The notes: generated by a model from the sequence alone, not told the origin. DNA of 64,000 nt from Octopus sinensis (GCF_006345805.1 NC_042999.1:84940001-85004000); one strand, 5' to 3'. Positions 51,726 through 64,000 are shown, counted from the stretch's first letter. Translations and numbers: made by a program.

Positions 51726-53365
51726 TTTAAATCGGTCGACGTAATTATATGCCGTCTGACTTAGAACCTGTTGCCTGAGTTAGTACTAGTCCACCTGCCA
51801 ACTGATAGGACGATTAGATGTTTCATGTAAATATTTACAACCCCATAGGCTGGTCCTACCACTCCTGCTCTCTCAACTTCGTCGTCGCATCCTACCATTC
51901 CAGCTCCGTCAACTTCGTCGAGTTTACGGTCGTCGCGCCAAGCTAATCCAAGCTCCACCACCTCACCAGTTGTTGCTTACGGTTCGGACAATTACTCAGA
52001 GAGTGATTATTTTACTTGCTCAGGATCAGATGATTCTGATAGCGATGATGATATTCTGATGAATCAAAAGTACAGGCGGGCAGCAGTGAATGGCCCTGGA
52101 CAACAGAATGTCGTTTGGCGAACGAGAGACAATTTTGTCCGACGGCATGGGTTTACTGGAACGTCTGGCATAAAGGCAAACCTTGAACATAGATATCTTC
52201 CACGAGTTTTTGGCAGATGAAATGTTCCAATATATAGCGGACGAATCGAATAACTACGCTGAAAACCATCCCCCAGCATGTCAGATACGAGCATGGCGGT
52301 GATTAGTTTCCAACCACAGAGGACAAAATCAAAGTCCTGTTTGCCCTGTTGATACTGATGGGTATCGTGGAGAAACCGACCCTGGCGTCATATTGGAATT
52401 GGGATCCAGCCACGTCGACACCTTTCTTTCCGGAAACGATGCCACATGAACGATTTTTGGCGTTTCTTCGAAATCTCCATTTCAACTCAGATGAGAACCA
52501 GGATGACAGGCTGCACAAAATACGTCCTATCGTTGACGAAGTGGCTGAAAATTTCAGATTGATGTATGTCCATACACAGGACATTTGTACGGACGAGAAT
52601 TTGTAGAAATTCAAGGGAAGGTTCCGATTCAAACAATACAATCCGATGAAATATGCCTGCTTTGGAGTCAAAGTTTATGAAGTATGCCAGTAAACTGGCA
52701 GAGCCTGTGGATACACGTGGAATTACAAAATCTACTCTGGTCAGGACAGATTGGATCTCCCAGCGTCTGTTCTAGTTCACCTGATGTCATGTTGTCGCCG
52801 AATGAAAACTTGCTTGACAAGACTATAATATTCATATGGACAACTAGTTTTCCAATCCAGACCTCTTTCTGCAATTGCAGGCGAGGAGAGCTAATGCCTG
52901 TTGGACTGTGAAGACGCACAGGAAAAATATGCCGCCCGATTTTCAGAAAATAAAACTTCGAAAGGGGGAAACAGCGTACCGATGCACCGATAGTGGCATT
53001 CTAGCTCTAGTGTGGCGTAGCAAGAAAAACGTCTGCATGTTATCCACAATACATTAGGCAAGCATGAGGGACACTAGGAAAGAAGATGCGGATGGAAATG
53101 CCATAATGAAACCGTGTGTAATTGTTTCATACAATGAAGCGATGGGCGGGGTCGATCGCTGAGATCGGCTGGCGACGAATCACAAATCGGTAAGAAAATT
53201 TGTGAAATGATACCAAAAAATTTTCTTTTGTATAGTTGACATGTGTGACGTGAACTCACACTTGATTTGACAGATGCTTGGCGGTGTGGGGAATGGATTG
53301 ACATTCAGGAAACTATTGTTCCGTGAAATGATAGAAGCATCAGACCTACCAAAGTACAGATCTTG
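51726..53365 (+). pseudogene. piggyBac-family (PGBD4-like) transposase pseudogene, 3'-truncated
   Basis: S/T/P-rich and acidic N-terminus, then LMGIVEKPTLASYW..TPFFPETMPHERFLAFLRNLHF..DRLHKIRP..ICTDENL, KFKGRFRFKQYNPMK..FGVK, DNW(F)S, WRSKKNVCMLSTIH, YNEAMGGVD..DQ, KW(Y)KK(I)FF; stops and frameshifts. Confidence 0.92.
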
Positions 53366-53504
53366 ATCGAGTCATAACGGAGCTATTATCATATTATGGG
53401 CATTTTAAATTCGGTGAAACTCAATCTTCTTTCGGTCTGATCACAACCGAATTTTCAGAAAGAAAGTTTGAAAAGGAGAAGCAAAGTGATAAAAAATTAA
53501 AATT

Positions 53505-53582
53505 AACCTCAACCGGGTTTGAACTCAAAGAACAGAAGGACGGATCTAATACAACACTTTAACGACTCTGCCAACTGACCGT
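53505..53582 (-). mobile_element. Family B SINE head remnant
   Basis: 'gggtttgaactca..aacgactctgccaactgacc' is the reverse complement of the tRNA-like head. Confidence 0.45.
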
Positions 53583-54019
53583 ATTAAGTATAACAAGTAG
53601 GAACAACTAGGTCTTATAGGATCCAACTAGGGAACTTCGACGTTGTCACTCAACCCGATAAAACTAGCGACTACGTTTACTCTCAAACCACACTGCACAG
53701 TGGTAAAACGGAAAAACACATTAGATAATGTCGTTTTGGATATACAATAATATGTGATGGTCACAGTTGGAACGCCTTTGTTCGATCAGTACTGCTCAAT
53801 AGTCAATCAACACAACAAGTTCTTATGAAAAATGACAACAAAGTAAAATTCTTTGGACCGAAGTTAATGGATTTCCCGGAGAGGATGTCCTATTTCCAGC
53901 CAGCCGTTAATGAGTTGACCTTGTAAACCCACCTTACTGTTTGCACCGGACCAGGGTGAGAAATCAGATTCTGTATTCTGCAATGAGTGTTGGTCTGTGA
54001 CATGTGGTCTGTCCAACGA

Positions 54020-54310
54020 CAGATACACCACCCAATATGAAACACGTGACACCTCAAACACCTCATCCAACCACCAACATATCACCCAACAACAAATGCA
54101 CCATATAACATCATGCACGCACCCAATATCAATGACCACCACCCACCATGAAACATATCACCCAACATCAAACACAGCACCCAACAATAAACACACACCC
54201 AAAATTGAACACACAACCCAACATCAGATATCTGACCAACATTAGATACCGTATCCAACATCAAACACACCACCCAATACCAAAGACATCGCTGAACATC
54301 AAACACGTAC
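54020..54310 (+). repeat. Degenerate C/A-rich minisatellite (~17-18-bp unit, ACCCAACATCAAACAC-like)
   Basis: Recurrent acccaac/atcaaacac units. Confidence 0.65.
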
Positions 54311-54856
54311 ACACACAGATCTTAAGCACTAGTTAGATATGATACACGACTAAGAAATATTATTCTTTTATATTCTTTTCTATTGCTGTCCTTTTATTTC
54401 ACACACTTATTTTTCCTTTTAATTTATTGTTTCATTATAATCCTTTAAATTATACAACTTCAATACTTTTATTCTATTTTTGTTTGTCGTAATTTATGCA
54501 TTCTTGTTTTTGTTCGGATAATTTCAACGTAACAATGATTATTCTGACATGATCACTGCTAATAAATTTGATTAAGAGAACTGTCAAAGTGTGAAGAAAA
54601 CAAACCTGACAGCTAATATTTTTCATGATAATTTTAGTTCAGTTGGACTACGCATTACAACCTTATGATTAGCTTTTGAGAGTTGGATAAATGGAATATT
54701 GTGAATTGCATATCTTTTACATGTATTTTAACTGCGTAAAAGAAAAACATTGACTACAAATGCGGATTGAAACCGTGTTGTAGACATTATTGGCAAACAT
54801 ATTAACCTTTGATCTAAAGTGATAGTTTGTAATACTAATATGTGTTGACATTAAAA

Positions 54857-55030
54857 GCGGCGAGTTGGCAGGGTTGTTAGAGCATCGGTCATAATGCTTA
54901 GCCGCTATTTGTTCTGGCTAACATTTTGCCAGCGATGAAAATAGTACCAGTTGAGTACTGGGGTCGATCCTACTAAAATTGTTGATCTTGAACCAAAATG
55001 ACAAATTGGCTTCAAATTTTGGTACAACAC
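54857..55030 (+). mobile_element. Family B SINE, internally deleted
   Basis: 'gcggcgagttggcagggttgttagagc..aatgcttagcc' plus 'agtaccagttgagtactggggtcgat'. Confidence 0.65.
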
Positions 55031-55039
55031 AAAGAGGGT

Positions 55040-55155
55040 AAATCGAACACAGTCTTTCAACTGTGACTTATTTTATCGATTCCTACACAAAAAATGCAAA
55101 GTCGACCTCGATGGAATTTGAACTCAGAACGTAACGACGAGCGAAATGTTACATG
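55040..55155 (-). mobile_element. Family B SINE fragment, inverted relative to 54857-55030
   Basis: 'gacttattttatcgattcc..gcaaagtcgacctcgatggaatttgaactcagaacgt'. Confidence 0.6.
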
Positions 55156-55454
55156 GAAACCGTGTCGAATCCCAGCATATGTATGCGAGCGTGAGTGTGT
55201 GTGTGCGCGCGCGTGTGTGTGCGTGCGTGTGTGTGTGTCTTTCAAAGCCCATGCCGACCAATATTTTCTGGGTAGCAGACGGAAACTGTGTGAAAGCTTA
55301 TATGTATACTATTGTATGTATATATACATGCATGTATGCTGCTGCACCAAATACATGCACGCATACGTAGACAAAAGTTGCACAGAAGTCAATCGTGTGT
55401 ATGTTTATGTGCGCCTGTATGTGTGAATGTCTTTATCTTTTTATTTATTTATTT

Positions 55455-55615
55455 CTACGTGGCAGCCAGTGTTGGTCACTCTTGGTTTGTTTACATCCGC
55501 GTAACTTAACGGTTCGACCATAAAAGGATGATATAGAATAAGTACCAGGCTTCAAAATAGTCCTGAGGTTGATTTCATCAAATAAACCTTTCAACGCATG
55601 CTCCACTATAACTGT
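55455..55615 (+). mobile_element. Family A SINE 3' half, degenerate
   Basis: 'tgtttacatccgcgtaacttaacggttcg..atagaataagtaccaggctt..tcctgaggttgattt'. Confidence 0.6.
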
Positions 55616-56661
55616 TTCTGGTGTGTGAAAACTGTAAAAGGCTATACTTTTCTCTCAGTAAAGTGTATCAAATCTGGACTAAAGAATTAGTAAGTAAGCA
55701 TAATAGAGTGACCATTAACTTGGATTTGGACCATTAACTTAGATTTTTTTTCTTATTTGTACAATCTACAAAGGACTTAAAGCTGTCGATTGGTTCTTTA
55801 GTCTGAGAAAATGCATAAGCTATTATTTAATTACCGCTCTTAAATTTCTGGGTTCAAATATCACTCATGTTAACTCCAATTCTCTTCCTTCCAGAGTTGA
55901 TAAGTCCTCAGTCAATTTAATTCTTTGCGTAAGGTTGTTAGTTATCCACCGAAAAATGAAATTGATATTTTCTCCTAAAATCGTTTTTCAGGTACATTTT
56001 TCATATCCTCCACTAAGAGTATTTGATTATTTCTCTGTAAAGTTATATTTGATTAAATATGTGAAAAATAAAGAAAATCTTTAAAAAAATGCCTTTTGTA
56101 AAGAAAAAGTATTACTGGAGGTGTTTCTGCTTCTCGTAGCAAAAGGAGGGATATTCTTCACAGCTGTAGAGTAAGACCGCTTTATGCAGCGAACAGTAAT
56201 CATTCAACCACGGTAATGGTTGAATGTATTCTTAAGTCCACCATTTCGCTAACCTCAACAGCTTCGAAACTTCTCCACTAATTCAGTTCTCAACTAAATT
56301 GTAAAATGTTAATAGTTTTAAAGGGGAAACTTCCTCAGCTATACTTTGGCATAAATAGTTTGAGATTTGGTTCAGCAGAAAAAAGTTACATCAAAATATC
56401 TGTGACCTCAAAGCAGATATTCATCTTCAATTAACATAATTTTTTAAATTTTAAATTAAAAGTATACCTTTCTTAGGCTTAAATGATAGAAAAATGCACG
56501 AGGAATTCAGAATCGCTAGTAGCATTGAACAAAAATTAGTAGAAAAACAGTTATGAGGTAAAATGTTACGAAATTTCATATCAGTAAGTAAGGAAGTAAG
56601 GGAGTAACGCTTAAGCAATAAGAATAAAGAATATATTTCTAAAATGAATGTATAGTTTCTA

Positions 56662-56717
56662 AGGCGGCGATCTGTCAGAAACGTTAACGCGCCAGGCGAA
56701 ATGCTTAGCGGTATTTT
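56662..56717 (+). mobile_element. Family B SINE head (tRNA-like)
   Basis: 'aggcggcgatctgtcagaaacgttaacgcgccaggcgaaatgcttagcggtattt'. Confidence 0.65.
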
Positions 56718-57464
56718 AAGTAAAAAGTTTTAAGTAAATATTTTAAGTAAAAAATTTCTTATTCTTTATTTTACTAGGAGTAATATATTGTCCTATACTT
56801 GTACAGGTGTAATAACTTGTCCTGTTCTTTTCCCGGTTTATAATCTTAAGAATATTACTTTTCACGCTCGCATTTTTCCATGTAATAATATTTTGAGCAG
56901 ATGTATTCACTTTCCGCATTCAAAGGTTTAATGGTACTTCCTATAAAGAATCCCAGACGTGAACATAATTAGAAAAGGAAAACATGCTTTAGAAACTACA
57001 CAGATTTATTCCAACACTCACTGACAGAGAATAAGTAATTGTGTTTGACTTAAACAGTGTCATCACTTATCGAAACTGCCACGCGACTTTCTAACGAGGT
57101 AGTTATTAAGCGTTCGCTTGTAAGAAATATGAGCCACATCTGCCATAAATCACACTCTGTCGTAATAAAAGAGGAATGACAGGCTTAAATACACTGGAAA
57201 AATTAAACGAGAGTATCATGACGAAATTCTTTTTCTCAATTGTTTGCTCACTTAAGTTTGACCTCGAGTCGAACGAAACTGCATCATAGACAATTATTTG
57301 ATGAAAAAAGCGTTACATCCACTACCTCACGTCGTTCTTTTGTCTACATTGTCTCTCATTTTTTGAAAAACAGTATTGTATATACTATGTTTTCCTTGTT
57401 GAGCTACTGCTTTCTCTTCCTCCCTCTATGTTTCCCCCTTTCTCTCTTTCTCTCTCTCTCTTCT

Positions 57465-57960
57465 GTCTGTAAACATAACAGGCTGGATATTGTTGTTTGA
57501 GAAAGACAAGAAAACGTATGCGCTGTCTTAGAGGTCAGCTACCCTGCTAATGTAAATATCTCTTCGAAAATGAAAGAGAAAAAGGATAACTAGGAACAAC
57601 TGCTTCGAAACCTACAGCTTTTACAACCAGATTAGGATTATAAATTCATTTATACCAATTGGTGAGTAAAGGCCTAAGTGACAATCTGGAAAAAAATTTC
57701 GGAAAGAGAAATCAAACAGCTCACTTTACAAATGCAATTTGTACGTGAAACAATACAAATACACAAGACTTTCCTCAAGTTTAGAATGTGAAACTATTTT
57801 GGTTATCTACATTCGAAAGATGAAGCATTGTATCTTGGCTAGAAACAAGTCCCTTCCTTACAGAAAGATTTCAAATAATTAAAAACAGAAACGAAAATAC
57901 ATTTATACATACATACATATACATACATACATACATACATACATACATACATACATACAT
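57465..57960 (+). pseudogene. RLE-type (R4/Dong-like) LINE 3' end with an (ACAT)n tail
   Basis: KHNRLDIVV*ERQENVCAVLEVSYPANVNISSKMKEKKDN*EQLLRNLQLLQPD; related to the 7680-8123 element. Confidence 0.8.
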
Positions 57961-57984
57961 ACTTTCGTACGTACGTACATTTGA

Positions 57985-58139
57985 TTTTGTCTGTGTTGAC
58001 TACATCCTAAAGATAGAGCCTTGTATCTTTGTTGGAAACCGGCTCCCTCTTCAGTAGAAGATTTATAATTATTAAAAAATAGAAGACACATACATACATA
58101 CATACATACATACATACATACATACATACATACATACAT

Positions 58140-58170
<31 letters not shown>

Positions 58171-58242
58171 TACATACATACATACATACATACATACATA
58201 CATACATACATACATACATACATACATACATACATACATACA
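57985..58242 (+). repeat. Second short LINE-3'-end copy plus (ACAT)n tract
   Basis: 'agccttgtatctttgttggaaaccggctccc' resembles 'agcattgtatcttggctagaaacaagtccc' at 57827. Confidence 0.6.
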
Positions 58243-58794
58243 TGGTGAGTAGTACATCCTTATTCGTTAAAATTACAGATTCACTGTCTCCTTCAAATGG
58301 TCTCCCGTGTTGACGAAAACATACCAGAATAGGTTAACATCATAACTAGCTCTTAGATACCCTCGGCACTTTGACGAACGATGTGGCCTAGTAGACAACT
58401 GGAGAATTACGTCCGCTGCCGTTAATCTTACACCTTCCCTATTGTCATAAGTGGAGAAGTTACAGAAGTATCGGTATTTCATGCTCACAGACATGCTTGT
58501 TATCCTGACCGCCATAACGAAATATCTGACGTTTATTTTCGTTTCTAACAAGCTTCAAAACTGATTTATGACTGCGGCAGTTGTGGAAGGGATCGTGGAA
58601 AGTGACTGCGTATAAATTTAAGACTGGGCAACAACCAAAAGCAGAAAAAATATGTTGCAAACCACAAACACTGCATGTTACAAATGAGAGTCACTTTTTG
58701 CTATTTGCATTTACATTCACACACACTCACATTTGTGTTGGGGTGAGCGTATACATGTAGGTACATGTAGGTACATGATATATATATATGTATG

Positions 58795-58843
<49 letters not shown>

Positions 58844-59915
58844 GCACGTATGTAGGTGAGTGTGTGTCTGTGTGTGGTTGTGTGTATGAGAGAGTAAATA
58901 TCCATATATCATTTTGAAGAAGCGTCAAGTTCTTTTTACTTAAAAGCGAGGTATTCACTATCTTAAACATCTTGCCAATGCTCCAGAAGCATAAGCGTTG
59001 AGGAATAGCCCCAACCGAGATATAGAAGCTGTATTAAAGTCTCACTTTACTTCAAGTTTATTTCTTTGACTTGCACGCTCCGATACACGAAAAATCTGAA
59101 AATTTTATTAATCTGTTATAATAGTATCAGATTCGGAGTGAATTTCCATTGTAGAGAACAGTATTGATTATATGAAAACCAGTAATTGATTGTTTATTTG
59201 GATAATTCTTCTGGAGATATGGTAGCTTACGTTTCTATGGCAAGTCGGCCCAAACTCGGCGGTTCTGTGATCAAGGTTATTCTAGCAAAGAAGAAACTGT
59301 CTTTTGTGATAAAAATAGTGATCCAAGTACATTGTTATCCTGTGTCCTTTCGATTTGGTGGGGGAAAAGTTCATTTGAATTTGGTGTCTATTTCTATTTT
59401 TCCTGAGTAACTATATACCAACCCCCTCATTAACACCTAGAATCCTAAGTTTAATCAACTCGTGATTGAACGTTGTACGAAGGCGGTGAAACCAAACTCT
59501 GCAAAATGCATACTGTTGCACACTTCTACATTTTCTCTCACACTATGGACATTTTAGATGAGCAAATATTGATTGACTTAAGCATGACATTCTAAATTAA
59601 CACTCTTCGTTGAAGCTTTATAAACTTTCCAGCTGTGTTTATATTCTAGTAGATGGCGCCATAGGTTACGTGCTAAGTGGGTAAGTAATCCGTTATTACA
59701 AATATTATTTCATTCATCAATTCTCACATGTCAAGTAACATCGATTAATTTTAATTAATTAAAAACTACTTTTTATGTATTTTTGTTCTTTTTTCTTCAA
59801 TGTAATAATTGTTATGCTTTCCTCTTTGAGTGTATCGGGATATGAGAATTAAAAGCAAGTACTCACTACACACGTAGATACGCAAAGAGCAGTGTGTGTT
59901 TATGTATGCGTGTGT

Positions 59916-59982
<67 letters not shown>

Positions 59983-61127
59983 GTGTATGGATATATATAT
60001 ATGCATATATATGTATGTATATGTGAGAATATATGTGTGTATGCATATATGTGTGTATATATATATATATATGTATATATATACATATGTATGTGTGTGT
60101 ATTATATATCTTTTTATATTTTAGTTGTTTCAGTCATTGGACTGCGGCCTGTGTGTGCCTGTATCGACGTATATATGTATATACATACATATGTGTGTGT
60201 GTCCGTGTATGTGAATATGTATTTATGTATGTATGTGTATATGTATGCGTGCTTCTATGTATGGTTGATAGAAAGTTTTTATAGACTCCTACTGAGATTA
60301 CATACAGATTAACCTTAAATAGTGAAAAGGAGACATAGCGTTTTAAATAAGAAAGAGCCATCAGGATGTTAAAATAAAAGTTTGCAGCAAAATAAATTAT
60401 TGGATAATTAGTCTGGAGAAAAGTGCTGTCGGTTGAAATGAAGATTGGCCTTATGAGTAATGGGTTTTAAGTATGGGGTTAATACTTAGATAATGAATAG
60501 CTAGGAAGACATAGTAATGCAGCTGTATGTGTATGTTATCTATGTATTTATGTACGAACATACGCGCGTGCGCACATTATATACATGTGTGTGCATGTGT
60601 GTAAGTGTGTGTAAGTGTATGTATGCGTGTGTGTGTATGCAAATATACACATACATGCATACATCATAGAGCTTACTCTGCTAATTATATATTGGATAAT
60701 TGCATACATTTCCTTTTTTCTGAATTTTGCGTAAAATGTAGGGTAAATGTAGCATAAGATTAAATATTTATTTCATTAGTTATGAATAAAATGAGGTTTC
60801 GCTTTCCTGATGAGTCAAGAAGAACAGCACTCAAAAGAGTCAGGTGTATTCAGATTTTTCTTACCATTTTGTTGAATTAAAGAATCTGAATTACACTGGA
60901 TTCTGAATGAATATCCAGATTCCGTTAATGGTCGAGTTCTATCATACTTTTCATATTTCTGGTTAAGTAATGAATTTTCTTTATCTATAAATATATTTCT
61001 ATGATGGATAAATTAGGACTATGTGATACAAACCTCAGTTTCTGACCCACAAGCGCGCACCCTACCCTCTCTGCCTTTTCTCTGAAGTTATAAACTTATA
61101 AAAGCCTCTGCTCTTCCGAGCTTATAT

Positions 61128-61180
<53 letters not shown>

Positions 61181-61187
61181 TATATAT

Positions 61188-61310
61188 TCTTTATTCTTTA
61201 TTATTTTACTTGTTTCAGTCATTTGACTGCAGCCATGCTGGGGCACCACCTTTAGTCGAACAAATCAATCCCAAGACTTATCCTTTGTAAGCCTAGTACT
61301 TATTCTATCA
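61188..61310 (-). mobile_element. Family A SINE 3' fragment
   Basis: 'ttacttgtttcagtcatttgactgcagccatgctggggcaccacc..gtaagcctagtacttattctatc'. Confidence 0.85.
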
Positions 61311-62330
61311 TAAGACTTACGACAACTTTATCTCCTGTTCTATTTACAAAACTACAGGAGAAATTATTGGAACTTGATAAATATCATCAAGAAACTGGGT
61401 AAAAAGATAACTTCCAAGCTTCTCACCGATGACCACAAGGAACCCCTTTCGAGAAAGAACCCCTTCTTTTCGTACAAGCTTCATAAGACTGATTTCGACT
61501 GTAAACCGACAATCAAACTGATCAGTACTATTAGACCGATATATGACTGATCGATAAACATATCTTTGGTGTATATAATATTCTGAGTAGAAAAGGTTTC
61601 ACATTTACTTTCAGGAAATTGTACATTAAACCATTAAACGGTTTAAAGCATTCTCCAATAGAAGCAGATGCAAATTTTTACAGTGTGACATTTGCGATTG
61701 TTATACATCAACCATTCTAACCGTATTGATTAATGCAATCAAATACGTTAAATCGATCAGACTTCACAGGGAAAGAAATTGAAATCATTAAACCCGATCG
61801 AAAAATGGTTCCTAAATATAACAAAACTTTTTCTAACAATGAAAAATAGAATGATTCTTTTAACCTTAACATTGGTACCCAGAACTCCACGTTGAAAACA
61901 GCAGTTTCATTGCTCTCTACAAACAACACAAAATCTGGAATCATATTTTGTGTTTATTGAAACGACCAGCGGTTAATTGTAAATACCTTCAACATACGTG
62001 CCACCGATGTCTTTAGCAAAATATTTCATATATCTTTAAAGATTTGCTTTCCGAACAACCATTGAAGCTCTTCTCACAAAAGCAAAGGCTTGAGACAATA
62101 CCTTCGACATTCACCTACACCATTCCATTATTACTCATCGTGGAATTGAACCTGATGAAACACTAAATCATGTCCATAGGTATCCTAACCGTTCCCAGAT
62201 ATATTACAAAATGCCTTCCTCTGAACATCTTTCTTACACTTTTACAAATTAGCTAATTAACAGATTGTTCACAACATATCCTACAAATACATTTCAGCCT
62301 TCATCAGAAAATAAAAATTTAGTACACAGA

Positions 62331-62760
62331 GCAGGCGTGGCTGTGTAGTAAGAAGCTTGCTTCTCAACCACATGGTTCCGGGTTCAATCCCACTAGCGGA
62401 ACCAAGGGCAGGTGCATTCTACCACAGACTCGGCCGACCAAAGCCTTGTGAGTGGATTTGATAGACGGGAACTGAAAGAAGCACGTCGTATATATATGTC
62501 AGTGTGTGTGTGTGTATTTATGTGTGCCTTTGTGTCTGTGTTTTCCCCACCCCAACTCCGCCATTATCGCTTGACAACCGATGTTGGGATGTTTACGTCC
62601 CCCTAACTTAGCTGTTTGGCAAAGGTGACCGATAGAATAAGTAGTAGGCTTACAAAGAATAAGTCCTATAGATTTCTTCGACTAAAACCCTTTTAGACGG
62701 TACTCCAGCGTGGCTACAGTCAAATGACTGAAGAAATTAAAAGAATGAAAGAATAAAATA
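62331..62760 (+). mobile_element. tRNA-derived SINE (family A), full length
   Basis: A box 'tggctgtgtagta', B box 'gggttcaatccc', collinear with 42337-42750. Confidence 0.92.
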
Positions 62761-63427
62761 ACACAATTAATTTCTCTCTCGCTTCAATGAAATCAAAACC
62801 AGGAAAAGAAATATAGCACGGTGCTCAACTCCATACAGTACCATAGACACTTATGAGAACAATAATTCCTGCAATCTTAGTATCATGGACAGTTGCCATA
62901 ATGTTTTTGTTTTTTGTTAAGACCCCATTACTCAACTGTCATCCAGGAGCTATTCCAAACTGCATTTAAACATTTAAGTCGTATAAATTTTACAAGTCAC
63001 TCATCTTCACGCATCGCTAACAATGGCCTACATCTCTTTATGCGTGCAGATGTTAGCCAGTATGCTTAAGCATTTTTCTTTCTGTTATTTCAATCATAAA
63101 ATATTTAATGTTCTTAATTCATCACATAACTAATAACTTTTGACCTTCACCAATATTAACGGTGCCAAATCCATCAAGGTTAACTCCATGCAAATGTGCG
63201 TGAAAGCTTTGCTTAGTTTTCTTTTAACTTTAATTAGTTACCATTTTAACCAGCATCCTTCACATATCGTCTTTGCTTTATTCTAACTTGACATTCTGAA
63301 GATTATTAACAAAAGAATATGACCTTCAAATGAATGTGAATTATGTCAAATACAAAATATTTCCACCTTGTATACTTCATGCACAAACTTTCTACACACA
63401 CACGCATATATGCATACATATATACAA

Positions 63428-63458
<31 letters not shown>

Positions 63459-63499
63459 TATCCTCCGTCTTCCCATCCTTGGATCTTTTCTTTTTCTAT

Positions 63500-63534
63500 G
63501 TTTCTGATGAAGAGCTCCGCTCGAAGCGTTAAAT
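63500..63534 (+). ncRNA. Minimal type I hammerhead variant (extra A after A9; A15.1G)
   Basis: GUUU-CUGAUGA-A-GAGC(UCC)GCUC-GAAG-C-GU-U-AAAU; (TA)n starts ~105 nt downstream at 63634. Confidence 0.62.
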
Positions 63535-63633
63535 CCTCCTTCTTTCTTTCCTTTCCTGAGGGTCCAATAACACTATACATGTTCAACGTCCTCGAGTTGT
63601 GTTTTCCCTTTGTGCTTTCATGTTTGTATTAAC

Positions 63634-63635
63634 TA

Positions 63636-63718
<83 letters not shown>
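63634..63718. repeat. (TA)n microsatellite
   Basis: Direct reading of the sequence. Confidence 0.95.
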
Positions 63719-63724
<6 letters not shown>

Positions 63725-64000
63725 GTTATTTTATTCCACGCGGGTAGAAATATAGGAGAAATAGAAGTTGAAAATGCACCAAGAATAGTTTTAAAATGTT
63801 TATTGATATATTTAAAGGTTTAACTGGTTTCACACAGGTTGCACTGATTTTCAAAAACGTTCAGATAGAAAGATGTGGTTTATGTAGCAGCTGTCTTGCT
63901 TCTGAATAGTGTTTGGAGTTCATGGCTCAAATAATTATATGTTTTGAACAGGATTTGATTGGTAGAGGATAGTCACATGACTCACAGACACACACTCACA

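Noticed and set aside
60803-60845. CUGAUGA with a downstream ACUC-AAAA-GAGU-C as a hammerhead
   Set aside because: No GAA before stem III, poor stem II, and stem I does not pair.
61320-61560. Possible second PLE RT fragment (..YKLHK..)
   Set aside because: A single weak motif in heavily broken frames is not enough to call.
62285-62312. Minus-strand CUGAUGAA-GGCU-GAAA
   Set aside because: Only 4 nt between the core halves, so stem II cannot form; stem I is absent.

Overview
AT-rich, repeat-saturated eukaryotic genomic DNA. Inference: an octopod cephalopod (Octopus-like), from the tRNA-derived SINE families and the abundant (TA)n, (TG)n and (TATG)n microsatellites. I could not identify any host protein-coding gene with confidence, and most ORFs in the supplied track are microsatellite read-throughs. 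Supported features are decayed mobile elements: a near full-length Penelope-like element (RT plus GIY-YIG), CR1/L2-type LINE RT fragments, RLE-type (R4/Dong-like) LINE ends, a Ty3/Gypsy RT fragment, a piggyBac transposase pseudogene, mariner fragments and a mariner MITE, a short internally deleted RTE, and many SINEs. The main discovery is a dispersed set of type I hammerhead ribozyme (HHR) motifs folded by hand from the sequence. Two have a fully canonical core (27544-27633 on +, 27924-28014 on -). Six are single-site variants or decayed copies, and two more are doubtful remnants. They belong to several unrelated sequence families, and most lie 55-140 nt upstream of a (TA)n tract. One forms a ~500-bp palindrome in which the second arm's ribozyme core carries clustered mutations. 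PLE-associated hammerheads are known in general; the branched stem II, the core variants and the palindromic arrangement here deserve testing.
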